This document shows, in pieces, positions 60,147 through 64,000 of a DNA stretch of 64,000 nucleotides (the first letter of the stretch is position 1; the number at the start of each line of letters is the position of its first letter). This DNA is from Carpediemonas membranifera BICM (taxonomy: Eukaryota > Protista > Fornicata), in assembly GCA_019828565.1 (NCBI GenBank), contig JAHDYR010000008.1, positions 124,001 to 188,000 of the forward strand, in the 5' to 3' direction. The position numbers and the translations under genes were made by a program. Under the pieces are notes generated by a model. It saw only the letters and a program-made list of their open reading frames with translations. It had not been told where the DNA came from and made no database searches.

Positions 60147-63100
60147 CTAATTAAGAGTGGAGTAAGCAAGACTAATAGTCTGCCGATCGACCAGATCCTG
60201 GCTCACATTCAGCCCGAGCTTCTTGGCATATCTACACGCGATATCCAACAGCACCAAAACCTGTGCCCCGCCTGATCCGGTGGCCAGTTTGACCAAAGAA
60301 GACCGCGCCAAGGACTCTATAAACTCTTGAACCATGCTGCCGTCGTCTGCTATGTTCAGACAGAACATCACGGCGGCGCAGGGGGCCACGTGGAAGTTGT
60401 TACGGAAACCCTTGACTGATCGGACGTAGCGCTGCTCCGGGATGGAGGAAAGCGTCGCGGCAAGGGCGACGGGGAGAATCGGCCAGAGATGGTGGGTCTT
60501 ACGATCGCCGAGGGCGTGGCTGCACTTTGTTTTGGCATCATCCCGCATTTTAAGGTCAGTTGCATGGATTCCGGCGCCGTCTAGGAGCATATCGCGAAGA
60601 ATCACCGCGTTTCCTGCAAACACGAGGCCCTGGACCAACTCGGGTGCGGATTGGAACGATACGTCCCACGCATCGCCTTTGAGTAGGGCAGCATTCGCCG
60701 TGCGAACAGCACTCTCGTTCGTGGTCAAAAAGTTGAGGCATCTGGCGACCTCCGAGAAAGCCATACGTAGAAGCTCGCCAGCGCCGTACTGAGTGCCCTC
60801 TGAGCCAATCACATCGACCAGCGCCCTCATCTCTGGGCGCTCGGTGACCTGGTCGACCTGACATTGCACGAGCTGGGCGTTCAGTGCCGCCTTGAACGGC
60901 GTGAGCGGGGTTTTTGACTGAGTCATGCGCTCAACCACTTCTTGGAGAGGCGAAGGCTTGCCGAGCATGCGCTGTTGCCTATCAGCCCATCGGTCTGGAG
61001 CGGGGCTGAACTCGTTGCTCTGGTCGTTGTAAAGGACGGTTGGTTGAGCCCCGCGTGTATGGATCGTGAGGAACGGGTCAACCGCACGCATGAAACCTGA
61101 CACCACAGGCCCACTCCGGCTCGGGTCGACCATCATATTAAGGAACGAAGCCGAGTCGACCGGGAAAACTGGTGCTAGCTCGATCACAGCGGCAATGTAT
61201 GATTGGATCACAAGAAGGAGGACTGTGGGCCTCGGGAACGACTCAGCCATCAAAGAACGGACGAAGGCAGCGGCGTCTGCATTGATTCTTCCAGCAATGA
61301 GTGCGGCCGGGTCGACTTCGACTCCGTGCAGTCTAAGGCTCTGCGGCAGGTCTGTGAGGGCGTCTGTGAGTTCCGTGTATATGGACTTGTGCTCCTCGAT
61401 GAGGGCGCCCAAGGCTGCTGTGGTCTTCGGGGGGAGAGTGACGCCGGTTTGGGCGGGCATCGCTTCGACTGCCGCGAGCAGTTTATGGCCGGCGAGACGT
61501 TGGATGTTCGTCACGATGCTGTCTGCACCAGCCTGGACGATGGACTTAGCCAGTGTATCTGCTGCCTCGCCTGCCAGATCAAAGGCCAACTCCGTGGCTT
61601 GTGTGAATGTCGCCTGGGCGATCGCGAATATGAGCTGGAAACCGTCGTTGGGCATGCGTCGCGTGTGGGCAATAACATCATCCCTTATCCCATCGCTAAG
61701 CAAGCTTGTCGAGGGATGAATAACCGCGGCGAGACCGACCCCGCTCGACCAAGGCCGGTGGGGGAGGACATACAGGGGGAGATGGCCATGGGCGTTCGTG
61801 TAAGCCGCTACAGCCTTGTACGCGGCGTCGATGAAAGAGAGGAGAGTCACATGGCGCCGGATCCCCCGCATCTGGCAGAGACTTGACTCAATATCTGACC
61901 AGGCCGCCCTGATATCTTCCCCGACCGCCATCTGGCCTCTGAGCTTCTCCAACTTGGTAGACACCTCAGTGGGGGCGGCGTCGGGGTATTCTCGGACCGC
62001 AGCGTCAAGCATAGCTGCGCCATCGCCATGGTTCGCGGTTGCTAGTGCCAGCCGGTCAACGAGGGCAAGGCCTGCGGCGGCCCCGAGCAAACAACGGACG
62101 TCTGAGTCATCGAGCTTGTCCTTAGTGGATGTATCGCGTGCTCTGACAACAGAGATAATCATTTGATCAAAAAGGAGGACGGCAACGATGTGAACGAACC
62201 GAGGGCGGACTGTACCGTCTGCAATGGCCGCCCGGGCCTTTGCGATGAATGCATTGGCGGTCTGTACGGCTGTAGTGGCTGAGCACTGGCTTCTTAGTGT
62301 CTTGGCCAGCTGTTTGTCCCCCTTCATGGTGATTGCGGTGATCTCGTCGTGTCTGAGAGAGTACTTTCCACTTGGGGTGAGTTGAAGGACTGGAAGGAGC
62401 TCCATGAGGCCTGCTAGAAGGCCGATGGGGGAATTATTGTCGCCAACACGGCCGGCAACACCAGGAATCATTACCCCGGCAAGCAGGATGGCTGGGAACA
62501 CAGAGGCGTCGGCTTGCGGGTCCGTGAGACCGGCCACAATGTTACGGCCGGCCATGGCTGCGGGCATCATGGCAATAATGGAGGACCGCAGCTTCGACGA
62601 GAGCGAGCGAAGCATGCTTATCATTTGATTGGTGAATGGTGACTCGATGAGGCTGAAGATGGCCTCCTCGGTAAGCTGGGGCGGCATGCCCACGGCATCC
62701 CTTACCCTGGCGAGCATGGCCAGCCTGGCCCTGATTTGCGGCAATCTGGACGGAAGCATGGCAATGCGGATGTAGTTCTCGAGAAGACGGTAGTATGGGT
62801 AGGCGAGGATGGGAGTATGAACGACGGATATGGTCTCAAAGTCGTTCATCACCTTGTAAAGAACCTGGTATGCAGTCTCGAGCCAACGGTGGAGGTGCTC
62901 CATCAGAGCGTAGAGGGGGGTGTACCACTCCACGAGCTCCTGGGCCCGGGGCTCGAGTGTCTTGTATGCAGGAAGGCTCGTGAAGCCTGGTGGAACGTGA
63001 GGAAACTTCTGATCCAGGGATTTGAACAGCTTGGCGGTGGTGCTGTCCTTCTCGAGCTCGTGGAGGTAATCATCGGGCTGTATCTGATCAATCGTCTCTA

Positions 63101-63149
63101 AAATACTGCGAGACTCTCCTATTAGGATCTCGAGCGCTCTTAAAGCCAT
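60147..63149 (-). CDS. NCKAP1: Nck-associated protein 1 (NAP1/Hem, WAVE complex)
   Basis: LEIL...RSIL, KFP, RPTVLL..IQSYI, EMRALVDVIG..G and GFRNNFH resemble NCKAP1. Length (~1000 aa) fits. Confidence 0.7.
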   Translation of the reverse strand: MALRALEILIGESRSILETIDQIQPDDYLHELEKDSTTAKLFKSLDQKFPHVPPGFTSLPAYKTLEPRAQELVEWYTPLYALMEHLHRWLETAYQVLYKVMNDFETISVVHTPILAYPYYRLLENYIRIAMLPSRLPQIRARLAMLARVRDAVGMPPQLTEEAIFSLIESPFTNQMISMLRSLSSKLRSSIIAMMPAAMAGRNIVAGLTDPQADASVFPAILLAGVMIPGVAGRVGDNNSPIGLLAGLMELLPVLQLTPSGKYSLRHDEITAITMKGDKQLAKTLRSQCSATTAVQTANAFIAKARAAIADGTVRPRFVHIVAVLLFDQMIISVVRARDTSTKDKLDDSDVRCLLGAAAGLALVDRLALATANHGDGAAMLDAAVREYPDAAPTEVSTKLEKLRGQMAVGEDIRAAWSDIESSLCQMRGIRRHVTLLSFIDAAYKAVAAYTNAHGHLPLYVLPHRPWSSGVGLAAVIHPSTSLLSDGIRDDVIAHTRRMPNDGFQLIFAIAQATFTQATELAFDLAGEAADTLAKSIVQAGADSIVTNIQRLAGHKLLAAVEAMPAQTGVTLPPKTTAALGALIEEHKSIYTELTDALTDLPQSLRLHGVEVDPAALIAGRINADAAAFVRSLMAESFPRPTVLLLVIQSYIAAVIELAPVFPVDSASFLNMMVDPSRSGPVVSGFMRAVDPFLTIHTRGAQPTVLYNDQSNEFSPAPDRWADRQQRMLGKPSPLQEVVERMTQSKTPLTPFKAALNAQLVQCQVDQVTERPEMRALVDVIGSEGTQYGAGELLRMAFSEVARCLNFLTTNESAVRTANAALLKGDAWDVSFQSAPELVQGLVFAGNAVILRDMLLDGAGIHATDLKMRDDAKTKCSHALGDRKTHHLWPILPVALAATLSSIPEQRYVRSVKGFRNNFHVAPCAAVMFCLNIADDGSMVQEFIESLARSSLVKLATGSGGAQVLVLLDIACRYAKKLGLNVSQDLVDRQTISLAYSTLN

Positions 63150-63320
63150 CGTTGTCGTTCGTCCTGTTTCTGGAAATTTATCCAAGAGGACCTCGGTGGG
63201 CCAGGATGAATTGAGCTGCCGCTGAGTCTCATTTGGCAGTATCATGTCACCTAAGTCGCCAATCACGCTGTCAGTAAACTCACAGTAAAACCCAGCAGTT
63301 TAAGGGCAAGGAAAATCGAA

Positions 63321-64000
63321 ATGGCCGATAGGAACGTTCGGAAGGGCTTTGACGCCTTTAATAGCCGGAAATCTCGTGGTAGTGAGGTTGATTCTCTTCG
63401 TAAGAAGAAGCGTGATGACGTTCTCACCAAAATGAGCTCGGAAATCGAGGACATTGATTTCCGCGGCGCAGAGACCACTATCGATGAAGCTATTTTCGAT
63501 AATTGCCAGCGCCCTGAGCACCCTGACGACTATGTTGCTCTTGTCCTCGGTCTGCAATCCCCGGACCCCACAACTCACCTCCAAGCCGCCTATTCCCTTC
63601 GTCTTGGCGGCGCCCTCAACCGCGCCGACATATTCCAGCACATGGTGAACGCCGGTGCGCTCCCCCTTGTTATCAACCACATTGCGACGTCCCAGTCGCC
63701 TCGTATGCAGCTTGAGTGCGCCTGGCTACTCACCAACATCGCCAGCTGCGATAGGTTCACCACGACAGTGATCCAGAACGGTGCCATTCCCGTAATCATG
63801 CGGGCAGTGTCGAGCGGTCCTCATTCTGTTGCCTGCCAGGCCGCATGGTGCCTCGGTAACTTCGCAAACGAGGGCGACACCTACAAGAAGCTTTTCCTCA
63901 AGGAAGGTATGCACGATTGCATCGGCCGGCTCCTGATACATCCAGAGACCACCACTAAGCACATCCAGACGCTCTCCTGGGCGATTGGCTCGATCATCCG
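63321..64000 (+). CDS. Importin alpha (runs off the window)
   Basis: My translation: IBB-like SLRKKKRDDVL, then ARM repeats QLECAWLLTNIAS and QAAWCLGNFA. Absent from the ORF track because there is no stop in the window. Confidence 0.9.
   Translation, partial: MADRNVRKGFDAFNSRKSRGSEVDSLRKKKRDDVLTKMSSEIEDIDFRGAETTIDEAIFDNCQRPEHPDDYVALVLGLQSPDPTTHLQAAYSLRLGGALNRADIFQHMVNAGALPLVINHIATSQSPRMQLECAWLLTNIASCDRFTTTVIQNGAIPVIMRAVSSGPHSVACQAAWCLGNFANEGDTYKKLFLKEGMHDCIGRLLIHPETTTKHIQTLSWAIGSII

Noticed and set aside
1-64000. CRISPR arrays, tRNA, rRNA, telomeric repeats
   Set aside because: None recognised by eye. tRNAscan-SE and Infernal were not run.

Overview
Gene-dense eukaryotic (protist-like) DNA with tiny 28-35 nt GT-AG introns. 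A free-living metamonad such as Carpediemonas is my guess, not something the sequence proves. Bases 1-14249 are a nest of two mobile element families. The first is a tyrosine-recombinase (DIRS-order, PAT-like) retrotransposon with gag, RT-RNaseH-methyltransferase and an overlapping YR frame, bounded by split direct repeats and present as a head-to-tail pair. The second is a 6.7-kb LINE-like element (3960-10673, minus strand, 17-bp target-site duplication) that encodes a Maelstrom/DEDDh-like nuclease domain, an APE endonuclease and a LINE-type C-terminal zinc knuckle, but no reverse transcriptase. Both visible copies of this RT-less element sit inside the YR retrotransposon: one antisense in gag, one sense in the RT/RNaseH ORF. 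Both end in 14-nt T-rich tails rather than poly(A). This is the best candidate for an undescribed system. Bases 14.5-64 kb hold host genes: REV3, OSCP1, WDR75, alpha-SNAP, TM2, INTS11, TXNDC9-like, Snf7, FAM135-like, GILT-like, LCB1, a metallophosphoesterase, a CUB membrane protein, NCKAP1 and importin-alpha. They also hold a duplicated module (conserved upstream block, TALE homeobox, RCC1-like gene) whose two copies have decayed in complementary ways. All calls are by eye from motifs; no database searches were run.
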